Assembly (NCBI RefSeq): GCF_006345805.1
Contig: NC_042998.1
Coordinates: 174,778,001 to 174,842,000 of the forward strand
Reading direction: 5' to 3'
Source of the DNA: Octopus sinensis
Lineage: Eukaryota
Length of the DNA stretch: 64,000 nt
Shown: positions 37,195 to 51,510 of the stretch, piece by piece
Layout: every line of letters begins with the position of its first letter
Position numbering within the stretch: position 1 is the first letter of the stretch
Notes under the pieces: model-generated
Told to the model about the DNA's origin: nothing
The model's database searches: none
What the model saw: only the letters and a program-made list of their open reading frames with translations
Program-made: the position numbers and the translations under genes

Positions 37195-39142
37195 GTTCCG
37201 CAGTGCCTATACACGAGCTGCCACTGGCTGGGACTAAAGCTGGCTTCGGTGGGGCCCTGATCAATTTGGATCAATCAAAAGCATTCGTAAGGGTCGAGCA
37301 TCGCTACCTGGAAACCGTCCTTAAAGTGGCCGGTTTCGGACCCGTTTTCAGAGGCTGGATCGTTGCAATGCACAGCGGTACCTACTCAGTGGTCAAGGTA
37401 AATGGCCATCTATCGGAACCGTTTAGCATCACACGCTCGGTCCGTCAGGGCTGCCCGTTGTCAACTCTTCTGTATGTGCTGGCTTTCGAGCTGCGGAAGT
37501 TCGAACAAGTGAGGGGCATCCCTTTCGAACTGAGATTAGGAAGAGCCGTGTCTACATACACGGACGACACCACCATCATGGTGTCGGACACCTCCAAAGT
37601 GGAGGCGGTCGGCTCCCTTCTAGAAGTATATAAGTCGGTTGCAGAGGCTAAAATCAATGCCGAGAAGTCGGAGGGATTGCAACTGGGTACCTGGAGAGAC
37701 TGATCGATGCCGTCAGACGGCGTCATCGGATGCTGGACTGACGGACCAGTTAAACTTCTCGGGGTCTGGTTTGGTCCCAACCTCCAAGTGAATAAAAACT
37801 GGGACAAGGTGACGAATAGGATGGCCGGTCCTACCCAGAAATAGGCCAAGAGGAAAATGTCCTTGAAAGGCCAGGCAGAGGTGACGAATGCCTACATCGC
37901 CGCCATTATCATTTATCGTCTGACCGTCGTGCCTTGCCCCAGTTATTGCTTGATCAAGCTGGAGCGTCTCTTGTTCAAGTTCTTGTGGAAGGGACACGTT
38001 CCAATGGTCAGGCGGTCAACCTGCTGTCAACTCTCTCTGAGTGGTGGCGTAGGTATGCCGTGGCTTTTGATGCGCAGACATGTGCTCAGGTTTCGCCACC
38101 TGCAACGATTTCTTGAAGGTGAACACGTATGGGCTCCGTTTGTGAGGCATGTGCTTCCGCAACTCGTCTCTTTGATGGAGCTGTAGTCCTGGACGAAGGA
38201 TAGACCAAGACTGGGCGCCTGGCACCCAGAATGTCGCCAGGCGCTCACTGTCCTCTACCAGTCGGGCAATTGGATCGGTGGATGTTCCACTTTAGCTATT
38301 TATAGAGGATTAGTGGTGGGGAAGGGCGACAACGTCCTAGGGGAGACTCTGAGCGTTGACGAAGCTGAAATGACTAGTCTGTTCCGGAGGACTTTCCGGT
38401 CGGGGACTATTATGGATAATTTCCAGATGTCTTTAGCTTGGCAGTGCTACTGGGGGGGGGGCGCTACCGGTTCGAGATAAACTCTACAGTCATGGATGTG
38501 CTGTCAGACGGACTTGTCCGAGTTGCACGCAACTCGTTCAGTGTCCTGTAATTGCTGACTTGTGGAGTTATGTCGAGCAGCTGCTGCCGCGTGTGGGACA
38601 GATCTGTCTGTTGTCTGAGTCCATAGTGATGATTGCCCTGTCGCCCCCCTTTAATCGGGCAGTTTTCCTTTGCTTGGTTGCTGTGACGAAAGATGTTGCC
38701 TGGTAGACGAGGCTGGAAGGAATGAGGACAGAGACATTCCTCTTCGGTAAAGCCCTCATGGACTTTTCCAAGTTTCACTTGAAAAGGAAAGTGAGGGTGG
38801 TGAGGGAGGTGCTGTCCTTGAGTGAATTTATGAAGAAGTGGGTGAAAGTTGCGAAAATGACAAGAGTGGGCGGTGTCACTCCTCTCAGTGTAGAGCTGTG
38901 AGTCAGAAGAAAGAAGTTGGAAAAGGGTCCTCCTGCATCAGGAGGATCCATATCACAAATTTCTTTTTACATATTGTTGTATATTATGTATACTTAACTT
39001 CTTGTAATGTATACTGAGTATACGTCTTACTTTTATCTTTTTATTTCTATTTATCATTCCATTATATGTAAATCCCCACACTTTATATCTGTTTTTGTGT
39101 TATCCCCCTCAACCTTAGCCCTGGTGGCAAATAAAAGAAATC
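37195..39142 (+). mobile_element. Tx1/L1-clade LINE, 5'-truncated with stop codons
   Basis: RT motifs LDQSKAFVRV, VRQGCPLS, YTDDTT, INAEKS and LLGVWF; a Zn-finger remnant near 38520-38560; a 3' UTR ending AATAAAAGAAATC. Confidence 0.9.
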
Positions 39143-39167
39143 AACTACTACCACCACCACCACCATC

Positions 39168-39210
<43 letters not shown>

Positions 39211-39282
39211 ACACTACTGCTGCTGCTGCTGCTACTACCACCACTACCACCACCACCACCACCACTACTACTACTACTACTA

Positions 39283-39680
39283 AGGCGGCGAGCTGGCAGA
39301 AATGTTAGCACGCCAGGCGAAATGCTGAGCGGTATTTCGTCTGCCGTTACGTTCTGAGTTCAAATTCCGCCGAGGTCGACTTTGCCTTTCATCCTTTCGG
39401 GGTCGATAAATTAAGTACCAGTTATGCACTGGGTCGATGTAATCGACTTAATCCGTGTGTCTGTCCTTGTTTGTCCCCTCTGTGCTTAGCCCCTTGTGGG
39501 TAATAAAGAAATAGGTATTTCGTCTGCCGTTACGTTCTGAGTTCAAATTCCACCGAGGTCGACTTTACCTTTCATCCTTTTGGGGTCGATTAAATAAGTA
39601 CCAGTTGAACACTGGAGTCGATGTAATCGACTCATCCCCTCCCCGCAAATTGCTGCCCTTGTGGCAAAATTTGAAACCAT
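39283..39680 (+). mobile_element. SINE family B dimer
   Basis: A full unit followed by a second unit restarting at GTATTTCGTCTG. Confidence 0.85.
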
Positions 39681-39705
39681 TATTATTATTATTATTATTA
39701 TTATT

Positions 39706-39897
39706 CAATAGCTTTATTTTTATAATGTGCTTTCACTTCTCTACCAAGCGCAGCCCTGTGTGCCTTGGGAATGTGCTTTGGTTTGGTTTGATGCTCTTAT
39801 GGTTACTGTATTGAAAGTGTTTTGCTTAGGATGTGTGCAGTGCCAAGTAGTGCACTTTTCTGTATGGTATATAGTAGTGCAATTTTCTGTATGTTAT
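39706..39897 (-). mobile_element. Short 3'-end copy of the same R4/Dong-like family
   Basis: Clearly similar to 61279-61440; flanked by (ATT)n on both sides. Confidence 0.8.
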
Positions 39898-39919
39898 CTT
39901 TATTATTATTATTGTTGTT

Positions 39920-39984
39920 GTCATCCTCCTCATCTTCCTCTACCTCCTCCTCCTCCTCATCATCATCATCATCATCATCATTAC

Positions 39985-40036
<52 letters not shown>

Positions 40037-40058
40037 GTCATCATCATCATCATCATTA
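39920..40058. repeat. (TCC)n/(ATC)n microsatellite
   Basis: Seen directly. Confidence 0.95.
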
Positions 40059-40692
40059 TTTAATCCTGATGTAAATGCCTCTCATGAGACTTAATCCACC
40101 CAATCATTCACAGACATGTTCACAGATTAGATACACATACACAAACACACACACCCGGTGCAGTCCGAGAGATTTTCCGAAGGGAGGGCACAAGGTCAGA
40201 AGGGAATACAATTCCAGAAGAATGGGATGTAATAACATTATCTAGAAGGGCACGCTTCTTCCCTTGAGGTGAGGAAGTGCCCCTCAACCCACTCTTTGGG
40301 TCCGCCCCTGCACACACACATACACACCCCACACATACACACACATGCACGCACGCATACACGCACAGACACATGAAGAAAGAAATATAAAAAAAAGAGT
40401 ACGAAGGGAATTATTACAAGAAAAACATTTTAAAATTTTTCTTATAGCTTTTAATCTAATCACCATAGGTAAACTGCATGGAAAATTACAGTCAGGTGTA
40501 CTTCTACACAACACTATATCCACCCTTTAGTAACCTGATCTGGGTTGAACTGAGAAAATTTGTTCAGTGAAATAGGAGAGAAGTTTATCTTTTTTATAAA
40601 AACCTTCAAAGTGTCATAAGTTCAAATTATGCATGCATACATACATACATTACTTAAATAATGAGTATGTGTGTATATGCATATATGCTTAG

Positions 40693-40739
<47 letters not shown>

Positions 40740-41001
40740 GATGTGTGTGTGTTTATAATATATATATATATGTAGATAGATAGATAGACAGACAAACAGA
40801 CAGATAGATAGATAGGTAAGAATGTTGGTAGGTAGGGAGATGTGCATATATATATATATATATATGCATAGTTTTATATATATATATATATATATACAAT
40901 GTATATATGTATATGTATGTATGCACACATATGCACAGATGCATAAACATACACACAAGCATACATACATACACACATACATACATACATACATACATAC
41001 A

Positions 41002-41033
<32 letters not shown>

Positions 41034-41769
41034 ATTAACTAAAAACACGACTATGTGCATGTTTGGTATATTTTATCAAGCTTATTTTCATATTACATTA
41101 TTGGTCTTTTAAACTTTAGTTTGGAACAATAACGCTCCTTAATCTAGTCATCTGGTGCTGCAAAAATTACAACATCATTTTCAAAATAAAATTGTCTTGA
41201 TAGCAATTCACCATGCAAAGTTTCAAAGGGTCTTGAGAATAATTGAATAATTGATAAAATCATCAGCGTCGGATCAAAAATTATGTAATAATAATGTTTA
41301 ATGATATGATGATGTATTTAAACGTTGCGCATATGTGTGTTTAGTTTATGTTTGTTTTTGCATCTGTAAAGCTTCCAAAACTATTCTTACTTTTTGTATA
41401 ATTCTGTATTTACATGTAGTGCTGTCAGCTAGTGCTATTCTAGAATAGCCAATTTTGTTTTGTATACTGAATTATAAGGAGTTACAATGGCTTCTTTTAA
41501 ATGCGTGTTCAACTGACGAAAAAGTGTCGGACTCATGTGGCTAGCTGATATTACAGTTTGAGTCATGAAGTTTGTAACTTTTATGCATGCATTGAAATTT
41601 GTAGATTGCATTGACTGTCTGAAGAATGTCCTGTGGTTTGCTAGTTAGTGGGAGTTTTTGGGGTTTTTTTTCATGTTAATAAGGATATTTTTTATTCTGG
41701 TGCTGTAGCACATTTTAACATAAGCAATATATTCTATGAGTTTATGTTTAAATGTGCTACAGGTTATAA

Positions 41770-42357
41770 TAATAATAATAATAATAATAAACATTGTGTA
41801 CAGTGCTCAGGTGCACTACAACTCATCGAAAGTGTATATATAATCAGGTGTAGTTTCGACGGATTTCGGAAAGCATGAGGGCCTTAAAGGATGCAGTGTC
41901 ATGGCAGTCAACAACTGACGCAGGCAGTTTATTCCATGCTTCAGCAACTCTGAGTGTGAAGAAATGTTTCCGAAAGTCATGGGAGCTGTGTTGTTTTCTG
42001 ACTTTGTAGGCATGTCCACGTGTGTTAGACACATGGAGATCAAAAAGGTGTTCAGTGTTGTTATTGGTGAGGTGGTTGACAACTTTGTGGGCATTTACCA
42101 AGTCCGTCGCCAGACGCCGGAGCTTCAGTGAATCCATGCCCAGGGAAACAAGGCGCTCAGAATATGGTAGGTGTCTGATGGAGGGTATGCGTTTGGTTGC
42201 ACGTCTCTGAACAGATTCCCGGAGGTCAATGTTCTGAGCAAGATAGGGGTTCCAAACTGATGATGTGAATTCCAAGTGTGGTCGTACCATAGCTGTATAC
42301 AGTTTTAAATAGATGGCTGGAGAGCGGCTAACAAAAGTCTTGCTGAGTGATGCCAAT
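41770..42357 (-). mobile_element. CR1-clade LINE 3' fragment
   Basis: LYTAMVRPHLEF...WNPY...ESVQRRATK...YSERL..L...L..RR...TRGH...FF..RV..AWNKLP, followed by an (ATT)n tail. Confidence 0.9.
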
Positions 42358-43501
42358 TATGTTCTGAATTATAAGACTGTTAATAAGATCTCCATCCATT
42401 TTATAACCTGAGTACATTTGGTTTTTATAGTTTATTTATTTGAGTGATTTGTGCATTTTTAATATGTGTTGCGTCTGTTGTATCTGTGTCGGTGAATTTG
42501 TATTTATATTGTTGTATGACCTGTTGTAGCTGGGGAACGTTTTCATGGGGAAAGCACTTTTGAATCTGCTGAGTAACCCTGTGTGTATTTGGAGATCCAA
42601 GGATGGCAAACTCAAGAGCTGACCCAGGCGGCATGCACTCTAGCTACCCCACTGTTCCTACATGTAACCAGGCTATCTCCACCACATGTGTTGGTGGCAT
42701 ATTCATGATGAAGTTACAAATGAACTGATAAACTAAAAGATCTTGAAAATCACTCTACTCTATCTTTATATTTAAAAGAGGCGCATGGTTTAATGAGTAG
42801 AGGTGTCGGGCTCATGATCATAGATTGTGGTATCGATTCCTGGACTTTTTGAGCAAAATCAACACCACTCTATCCCAGCCTTCGCTACACTTTAACAGCT
42901 ACGACCAAATTTATATAATTAATTCCTTACTACAGCAGCTGACAGCACAATACTGCCACGTCACATTGAAACCATCACCACTTTACTACAGCCACAGCAT
43001 TCTATGCCATGCAATAAAATTCACAATCACATTAGTGCAGAATACTGGCAGAATCATTAAAGCGTTGGACTTGGACAAAACGCTTACGGTGTTACAGCCT
43101 TATGCCTTCTTAGGTCAAATCCTACTGAAGTCTGCTTTATCTACCATCCTTCCAAGGTTACCTGCCAGTCAAGTACAGATGTCAATTGAACATCTCTATA
43201 AAGCATTCATGGTGTGAAATGAAATTGTAATAGAGAACTAAGGTAACCACTACTCCACCACTACACTGCTATTACATCACTACAGCACTGCCACCCTCAA
43301 CACAATCACTTCTACATAATTAGTTACAGTCACATTACTACAGTTACCATTACACTGTATAGTCACACCTATACGAACTACTACTGCTGTTTTCTCCAAG
43401 CAAGAAGATTTAATATCAACACTTATAAACCATTGAATTGCACACCAGGTCCTGCTGGTTTCATACTGCACCATTACTATAAACAACACTTCAACCACTG
43501 G

Positions 43502-43600
43502 CAATTATTCACTTGAACACTATGATTCCCTGACAATTATTCACTTGAACACTATGATTCCCTGACAATTATTCACTTGAACACTATGATTCCCTGACAA
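43502..43600. repeat. 32-bp perfect tandem repeat, 3 copies
   Basis: CAATTATTCACTTGAACACTATGATTCCCTGA; no spacers. Confidence 0.95.
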
Positions 43601-44479
43601 ACAAAAGTATTTCCTCTGCTTTGGCGATTTTCAAGGAAAGCTTATTTTGCATGGGTGATGTTCTAATGTTGCTTCTGGACAATAATCCTATCTTTATTTC
43701 AAGTAAGTTGAATAGTAATTCCTTAAAGATTTAAAAAACTATTTTTGATGTCATTATTGAATTCTTAGACCTTTTTTTTTTTTTTTAAATATACAGATGA
43801 AAACATTGTCTCTTTCCCTTTGTCTGCCTCTGTCCTTTACTTTCTTTGTCCACGTCTTTTTCTTTCTTTCTCAAACTTATCCTTACATCTGTTCATTAAA
43901 CATGCAGGTATGATAGCCCAGAAGGGAGTCTCTAAGTAGTCATTCGACATACTAGAAAAAGCAACTAAATCTCACTGAAATCCAACACTATCGTCCTTTA
44001 AAATGGAAGAACACGTTGGATAATATAATCTCAGAGGCATATGTGAAAAAAAAAAGAAAGAGGGATGGCTATGGCTGGAATACTACAACCATCATAGAAC
44101 TGCCTGATCATAGCTGACATGAGGTGAAACAACAACAGCAACACTTACAATCATTCAGGTACATTGTTAACTCCCTGGTAGGTTATCAACACCTAATGTG
44201 TAATCAATTCGGTTCTCATGCACTTTACTTTCGCACCATCGCCCATATATTATTACATGGCAACATACTTACCCTATTATAACGTACCACCTAAAGCAAA
44301 GCAGAAGTCAGTGGGTAGCAACAAAGATTTAAAATGGAGCATTTTATCACATTGCACTTGGCAATTGAATTTAATATCAACACTTATAAACCATTGAATT
44401 GCACACCAGGTCCTGCACCATTATTATTTTGACTTTTCACATCTCTACCTCTTTCATGCATAAAGATAGGAGTCCAGAC

Positions 44480-45130
44480 AAAGCCCCACAAGGATGAACC
44501 CTACCTCAGACAAAATCCCTTGGGACAAAACTCCTGGAACAAAATCCCCTAAGTTAAAGTGTGAAAATAGGACAAAATCTCCCGAGTTATAATTTTTCTG
44601 TTTTTGAATTTTAATAACAATTTAATAACATTAAAATTAGAAGAAAATATATAATTTAGGTAATTTATTACTGAAGTAATCAATGAAAAATATTATAATC
44701 TTTCTTTGTATTGGTTCACTCCATGTGATCATTGATTTGTCTACCTGGGTATCATAATTACCCTTGTATAGCTAAGAAAAAAATAAAACTAGCATTGTAA
44801 TGGGAGGCCAATAATGCAAACAAACTGCTAAGGAAAGAATGCAGCCAGGTAAGGATAAAGAAAAACACTGACATGTCACAAAGGAGAATCAACAATATTT
44901 AAAGAACCTATGTCTGAACTAAGTGAATGAGAGGAAGACCGTGGAGGAATTTCTGAATGGCGTAGGGCACAGCATCTGGTTGTAGCAAGATGAACTTTAA
45001 ATGAACCTCAACATTCAATGATGTTGTCGTAAAACGACCATACGTAAAGGAGTTGGTGACAGAAATGTCTCCTTTTAAACGCTTCATGGTCGTCCCACAA
45101 AAGAAGAAGCCAAATACATGGTATAAAGAA
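44480..45130 (+). mobile_element. MULE-like DNA transposon relic
   Basis: Repeated (G)GACAAAA(T/C)CCC sub-terminal motifs at about 44510-44585 and a decayed C-terminal TVEEFLNGVGHSI. Only one end is seen. Confidence 0.4.
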
Positions 45131-45159
45131 TAAGTGCCAAAAAGAAATAAGAAAGACAA

Positions 45160-45930
45160 CACAACTGTTCTACTGTTTGAGAGAAGAAAGACTTTTATTT
45201 ACAGATGTGTACAACAGGATAAAGTATGGGTGCTAGCAGAGTGTAGTGTCTGAGTGCATGCACATGTGTGTCTGTTTGTCTATTGTAAGTATAACAACGG
45301 TGCATGCAACAAGTGTTTGTGTCTGTGTGCACACACATGTGTGGCTGTGTGTCTGTTGTAAGTATAACAAGGGTGCATGCAACAAGTGTTTGTGTCTGTG
45401 TGTTCGAGTGTGCGACAGAAGTACAAACAAAGTGTATGCATGTGAGACAGAATACAATACAGAGCATAGAATGAGTCTCTCAGGATATTTCAGACAAGAC
45501 AGAGTTAATTTACCAGTTCATAGTAAGGTTACACAATAGTTGTAGTCCTGTAAAAGAAGTTGAGGTCACAAGGCAGTACCAGTTGCTACACGTGCAGAAG
45601 TTGTGGTAATTATGCTGTGCCGGGTTACTTGATACAGGAATTCTCGCAGCTAGACTGGAGCTGTTAACCTTAGTGAATATCACAACAGCATAGAAGTTAA
45701 ACCTGAGTGAGTTGCTGTGTACATATTGGTGTTGCTGGAGATGAAAGTAATGGAGATGGAGACGACGTGAAGTTGAAGGACAACGATGGTGATGGCAACG
45801 GCAGAGAAAGGCATTATCGTGATGAAAGCGACAGGGGTGAAGAAAGGCATCATTGAGTTGCTGTATGTTGTCTGGTCACGGTTGAAGCAGGAACTGGCTG
45901 AGTCGCTGGAACATGGTTGAGTCGCTCTAC
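45160..45930 (-). mobile_element. Possible LTR-like repeat
   Basis: Organisation similar to 32940-33813 (minus-strand AATAAA near 45197; shared GTCGCTGGAAC motif). Confidence 0.25.
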
Positions 45931-47854
45931 GGTCAGAGGTTAGTCCTTAGAAGGATGATGAAGATACCCATGCTGGTGACATGTAAAAAGCACTGTCTGA
46001 ACATGGCTGATGCTAGCGCCACCTGACTAGCGTCCATATCTGTGACACGTAAAAGCACCAACCGATCATGGCCATTTGCCAGCCTCCTCTGGCCCCTGTG
46101 CCGGTGGCACGTAAAAAGCACCCACTACACTCACAGAGTGGTTGGTGTTAGGAAGGGCTTCCAGCTGTAGAAACACTGCCAGATCAGACTGGAGCCTGGT
46201 GCAGCCTCCTGGCTTCCCAGATCCCAGTCGAACCGTCCAACCCATGCTAGAATGGAAAACGGACATTAAACGATGATGATGATGATACATATATATATAT
46301 ATATATATATGATGGGCCTTTTCTGCTTCCGTCTATCAAATCCGTTCACAAGGCTTTGGTTGGCTCGAGGCTATAGTAGAAGACACTTGTCCAAGGTGCC
46401 ACGCAGTGAGACTGAACCCGGAACCATGTGGTTGGCAAGTAAGCTTCTTACCACACAGCCACTCCTGCACCTATGGGATATATTGATACAGTAGCGCCTG
46501 AGGGATATATTGATGCAGTAGAGCGTAAATCTTTGCCAACCGATGTGAGACCTCAACGACAGGTGGAGTGACTCACCTGTTGGAGTGCAATGCTGCCATA
46601 TCACTATCATTTACACACACTCTAAAACTGGAGCCACCTACCCTAGAAAGTGATACCACAAAAGGAAAAAGAGTCAGATGTTTAAGTGAAGGTGAGTGGC
46701 TCAATCAAAAATTAAAATGAAGTTGAAAAGGATATATTTAATTGGATCGGATCAGTATATTGCTGTAGTCCCCTCTCTGGGGCCCGAAGACTATGCAGAC
46801 TTATACAACAGACACTAAAATTCACCCTCCCCCAACAAAGTTTCCCAGGATGGGCTGCACCCTAACTACACTACTGTATTACTAGTACTTATTTTATTGA
46901 ATTTAAATAAAATACAAAGTCGACTTCAGTGAAATTTGAACTCAGAATATAAAGGACTGAAACTAAATTATATAAAGAATGGCATCTCTGAATCTGCAAT
47001 ATTTACTGACCTAGGATTTACAGCATATAGAGTCCTTCTGAATGAACATGTTTTCGACCTGTTAGAAATAGCAGCCAATTTCTAATAGGTCACACCCTAT
47101 CATCTAAAAACAGAAGACACATTTGATAATGTGGTCTTATGTGTGTGCTATGTAGGACCACATAATTTTTTTTAAGATGGGAGAACTAAGATTGGAATGT
47201 CATTGACCAAGTTTAAGGAGATAAATGATGAAGCTGAACTCAGCAAGATTTGATCACAGAATGTTAATAAAAGAAACACATAAACTAAATATCAGAAAAT
47301 ACTTCAACATCCTGCTAACAACATGACCCTTTAGAGAATTTCATAAACTTTACATTGGCGTTAGACTATTCATTTGTTTATTTATTTTTATGGGACATAT
47401 ATAATTAATAGACCTGATGCATATTTGATTGATCAGCCCTTGGGGATACGAGACACAAAATTCACACTTCCAGTAATAGACATTTATAAAGTATCAAAAT
47501 CCAAAACATGCTTCATAGAAATTGGGAGCTCGTTTTGTTAAGAATAAGCAATAGTAGAATAATGTGCCTACAAAGAAAAAATATATATATACCCGGTTTT
47601 ATGTCAAAACAAAAGTCCGCTGATATGCTGAGTCACTGCATTATCTATGTTGAAAAATAGATAATTAGACAAATGCAACAAAATGGTTAACACACAGAAG
47701 GCAACTTGAAGCTAGCTGCTATCTACAGTAAACAGAGTGTCAGCCGATAGAGTTGATAAGGTTTCATCAGCAGAGACCTAATTGTCGATGATTCGATGAT
47801 TCATGCCATATTACTAACATTACACAATAACTGCCGCCAAGAGAATTTTTAATC

Positions 47855-47901
47855 ACTCAATCCACACAGCTATTAATACATGCACACATGCACACATACA
47901 T

Positions 47902-47961
<60 letters not shown>

Positions 47962-48132
47962 CATACATACATACATACATACATACATACACCACACACA
48001 CACACACACACACAACATACATACATACATACATACATACATACATACATACATACATACATACATACATACATACATACATACATACATACATACATAC
48101 ATACATACATACATACATGCATGCATACATAC
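47855..48132. repeat. (TACA)n/(CA)n compound microsatellite
   Basis: Seen directly; similar tracts at about 36600-36725 and 40930-41030. Confidence 0.97.
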
Positions 48133-48479
48133 ATTAAATGCCTAACTGTCAGTTCTGGATAAGCTTGGATTTTCAGAAAAAGAAATCAACACATTATAAA
48201 TATGATCTGTAAGTGGAACAGTAAAACTCTGCAAGACTTTTCTCAGGTTTAAAACGTGACATTGTTTTCATTATCTACATTCCAACAATGGAGTTTTGCA
48301 TCTTTGTTAGAAACCAGCCCCTTCTTCAAAGGAGGAATTTAAATGATCAAAAGAGAACATGCATGCATGCATACATACATACATACATACATACATACAC
48401 ACATACATACATACCATGGAAAAGCATAAATCATCATGCTGAAACAGTAAACGCACTGAAAAAGCGTGGATTTAAGTCC

Positions 48480-48680
48480 ACTCATTACATAAACCCTTTG
48501 CTCCCCGTGGAGCAAAGGCCATCAACAACTTTTCTCCATCGTTCTCAACTCTGAACTGTCTTTCCTTCTTTCTACTTGAATCCCTTCTTTTTCCCGTCTT
48601 CAGCTATCTTTAGGTGCCCTGTCTTCTGTCTCACTTGTTGGTTCCCAGTCAGGGCATGTGTTTCCCTAAGAGAAAGCCTA
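48480..48680 (-). mobile_element. RTE-clade LINE 3' end relic
   Basis: ...ERWRKVVDGLCSTGSKR at the 3' end. Confidence 0.45.
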
Positions 48681-50373
48681 CCTCTCCCAGGTCTTGTTGG
48701 TTATGAATTCTCATTGATTCTTTTGTAACTTTGCTTTTTCGCTAGGTAGGGGTGTTGGCTCTATACAAACCCATTTTTATCTCTGGGATGAAGCGTACCA
48801 TACTAGTCTGATCTCTAACCTTTGACTTGTCCAGCATAAGACAGGCCCTACTAGAAGCTTCTGCTCTACTGACATAGATCTCAGGGTCCACACCACAACA
48901 AAGACCGGACCATGTAGTAGTAGATTTAAATCTACCTTGGGTATATTTCAGTGAGCGTATTCAAATTAACTTGCCCCTCGGTACACTATAAGGAGGCAAA
49001 CATCCTCAAATTATATTTCGACGATGCAGTAATTTATAAAATCACATTCTTTTACCCACGGAGTGTGAGATTATTATTAATCTCAAACTTAACTCATCCG
49101 GAGTAACTTATTTTGTTACCCATTTAAGAGGTTTCATAAACAAAGATCAAAGCAGCCATTGTCTGATGTCTTGAATTCTGCTCTAAATTCTCACACGCAC
49201 GATTATAACTTTGAAAATAAGTTGCAGAAACAAATTAGCCATAACTACAAAGATTGTCGTAAGGATGTAAGAAAAGAGGAATAGTAAGAGAAGAGAAACA
49301 GAATAAATAGGCTAAGAGGGGAGAAGAATATAGAGAGAAAATGATGACGAAGAAGTGAAAGGAGAGTTAAATATGAATGGAAGTCTACATAATTAACTTA
49401 TTAATAGGGCAATGGTGAACACCTTTATTGCAAAAAGAGAAACAAAAATCAGTGACTTGTTACTGAGACAATGAATTAGTGCAAAGTCTTCTGCATTATA
49501 ACCTTGTACACCCTTGCTAGCATGAATGAGAAGGAATGCATTACAACACAGGTTACTATAGCTTCTGCATGCAAAGGGAAATAAAGTTGGCTTTGCATAA
49601 TGCTTTGAAGGCAGTGGAGGTTACTTGTGGAAAAGGAAACCCAAATCAGATTTGAGAAGAGGTGATGTCATATCTCAGGTTGTTAAGGCTTTATATTTCA
49701 GTCATTAGAAGACTTATACTAAAACAGTAGCACTATGTTGCACAGAAGACCTGCCCAACTCATGACAGCTTAGAAAGATGGACGTTAAAATGTTGACATT
49801 GTTTTTTGTATAGCTTCTGACCAACACCAACAGACCAATGATTAAAAACATTCTAGCTGCGACCATCTGTAGTATATCGGTTTCTGCTACTACAACTGAT
49901 TTTGTTACTATTAAAAGTATTTTTTACAGAACCCATTTGATTGGTAAAATATGTAGGTCAATGAGCAAAATGATTAGCAGTTTTAGAAATGTCTTTTAAC
50001 GTTCTTAATTTAATTCTTGCCAAGGTCGACTTTTCTTATTCTTCCGAGATCAATAAAATGTGTACCAATCATAAAATGTTGTTGATAAAACCAACTGTAC
50101 CAAAAATGGGTTGGTCTTGTGTCCTTGTTGGAACTCATTATTCCTAAGGCAGCAAGCTGGCAGAATCATCAGCACGCCAAGCAAAATGTTTAGCGGTATT
50201 TCGTCCATCTTTATGTTCTCAGTTCAAATTCCGCAGACTTAGCCTTTCATCTTTTCGGGGTTGATAAAATAAGTACCAGTTGAGCACTGGGGTTGATGTA
50301 ATCAACTTACTCTCAACCCTGAAATTGCTGGCCTTGTGCCAAAAATTGAAGCCATTAAAATTATTCTTAGACC

Positions 50374-51510
50374 AAACAACCCTCTTTCCCTTTTACCAGA
50401 GAACATTCAGGCCAGGGCCTATGGATAATTTCCAGAAGTCCTGGTGGTGGTAATGTTACCGAGGCGCCTGTTTGGGATAAACTCTACAGACATAGTTCTT
50501 CATCCATGCCAACATACCCAAGATGTGGGCAGAACAGTGAAACTGCTCTGCACGCAATTGTCCGGTGTCCAAAGATTTTGGAATTATGGGTTTATGTCGA
50601 GCAACTGCTGTCACAACTGAGAAAAGTACAACTGTCATCCAAGTCTATAATTAAGATTGTTCCACCGACTCTTATTTCTTTATTGCCCACAAGGGGCTAA
50701 ACATAGAGGGAACAAGCAAGGACAGACAAAGGGATTAAGTCAATTAGATCGACCCCAGTGTGTAAATGGTACTTATTTAATCAACCCTGAAAGGATGAAA
50801 GGCAGAGTCGACCTCGGCGGAATTTGAACTTAGAACATAGTGGCAGACGAAATACCTATTTCTTTACTACCCACAAGGGGCTAAACACAGAAGGGACAAA
50901 CAAGGACAGACACACGGATTAAGTCGATTACATCGAACCCAGTGTATAACTGGTACTTATTTAATCGACCCCGAAAGGATGAAAGGCAAAGTCGAACTCG
51001 GCAGAATTTGAACTCAGAACGTAACAGCAGACGAAATACCAGTAAGCATTTCTCTCGGCGTGCTAATGTTTTTGCCAGCTCGCCGACTTCTCTGAAGAGC
51101 AGGCTTGTTTCCACTGTGTAGTGGCTATCGCGAAGGAGGTAATATGGAAGACACGAGTGAAAGGCATTGAGATGGGCAACTTCATCTTAAGTTGGTTAAC
51201 TTTTTCCTTTTCCACCTGAAAAGGAAAATAAGGCTGGAAATGAGATGCTTGTTACAAAGTGCATTCAAGAAAAGATGGAAGATTGTTGCGAGCATGTTGA
51301 GAATGAATGAACCTACTTGAGTGAGAACATAAAGGTAAAAACCCAAGTTTCAGTGTTGGTACGTGGTTTGTTGGGTTGGCCACGTCCCTCACTCTGTTCT
51401 GTTTTAATCAGCTCGATTTTCATATTTTTCATTTATTTTTAAGTATATATCTAACTTCATGTTATTAATCATTCGTTCCCCAACCCCTTGTCTGTCTTTG
51501 TAACATTTCC
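50374..51510 (+). mobile_element. Tx1/L1-clade 3' fragment interrupted by a SINE dimer
   Basis: MDNFQ...PRCGQNSETALHAIVRCP...LWVYVEQLL and VAIAKEVIWKTR...FFLFHLKRKIR; similar to 38410-38860. Confidence 0.8.
50668..51088 (-). mobile_element. SINE family B dimer
   Basis: Same junction as 39283-39680. Confidence 0.85.

Noticed and set aside
37445-37997. Minus-strand ORFs over the Tx1 element (and similar antisense ORFs over the CR1 and CRE relics)
   Set aside because: Antisense shadows of GC-richer TE coding sequence.
43502-43600. CRISPR-like 32-bp repeats
   Set aside because: The repeats are directly adjacent with no spacers, and the context is eukaryotic.
47853-48145. Overlapping MYVC/HTYI-repeat ORFs (also 36448-36852, 40689-41060, 21219-21532, 4930-5261)
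   Set aside because: They are translations of (TACA)n/(TA)n/(CA)n microsatellites, which lack stop codons in several frames.
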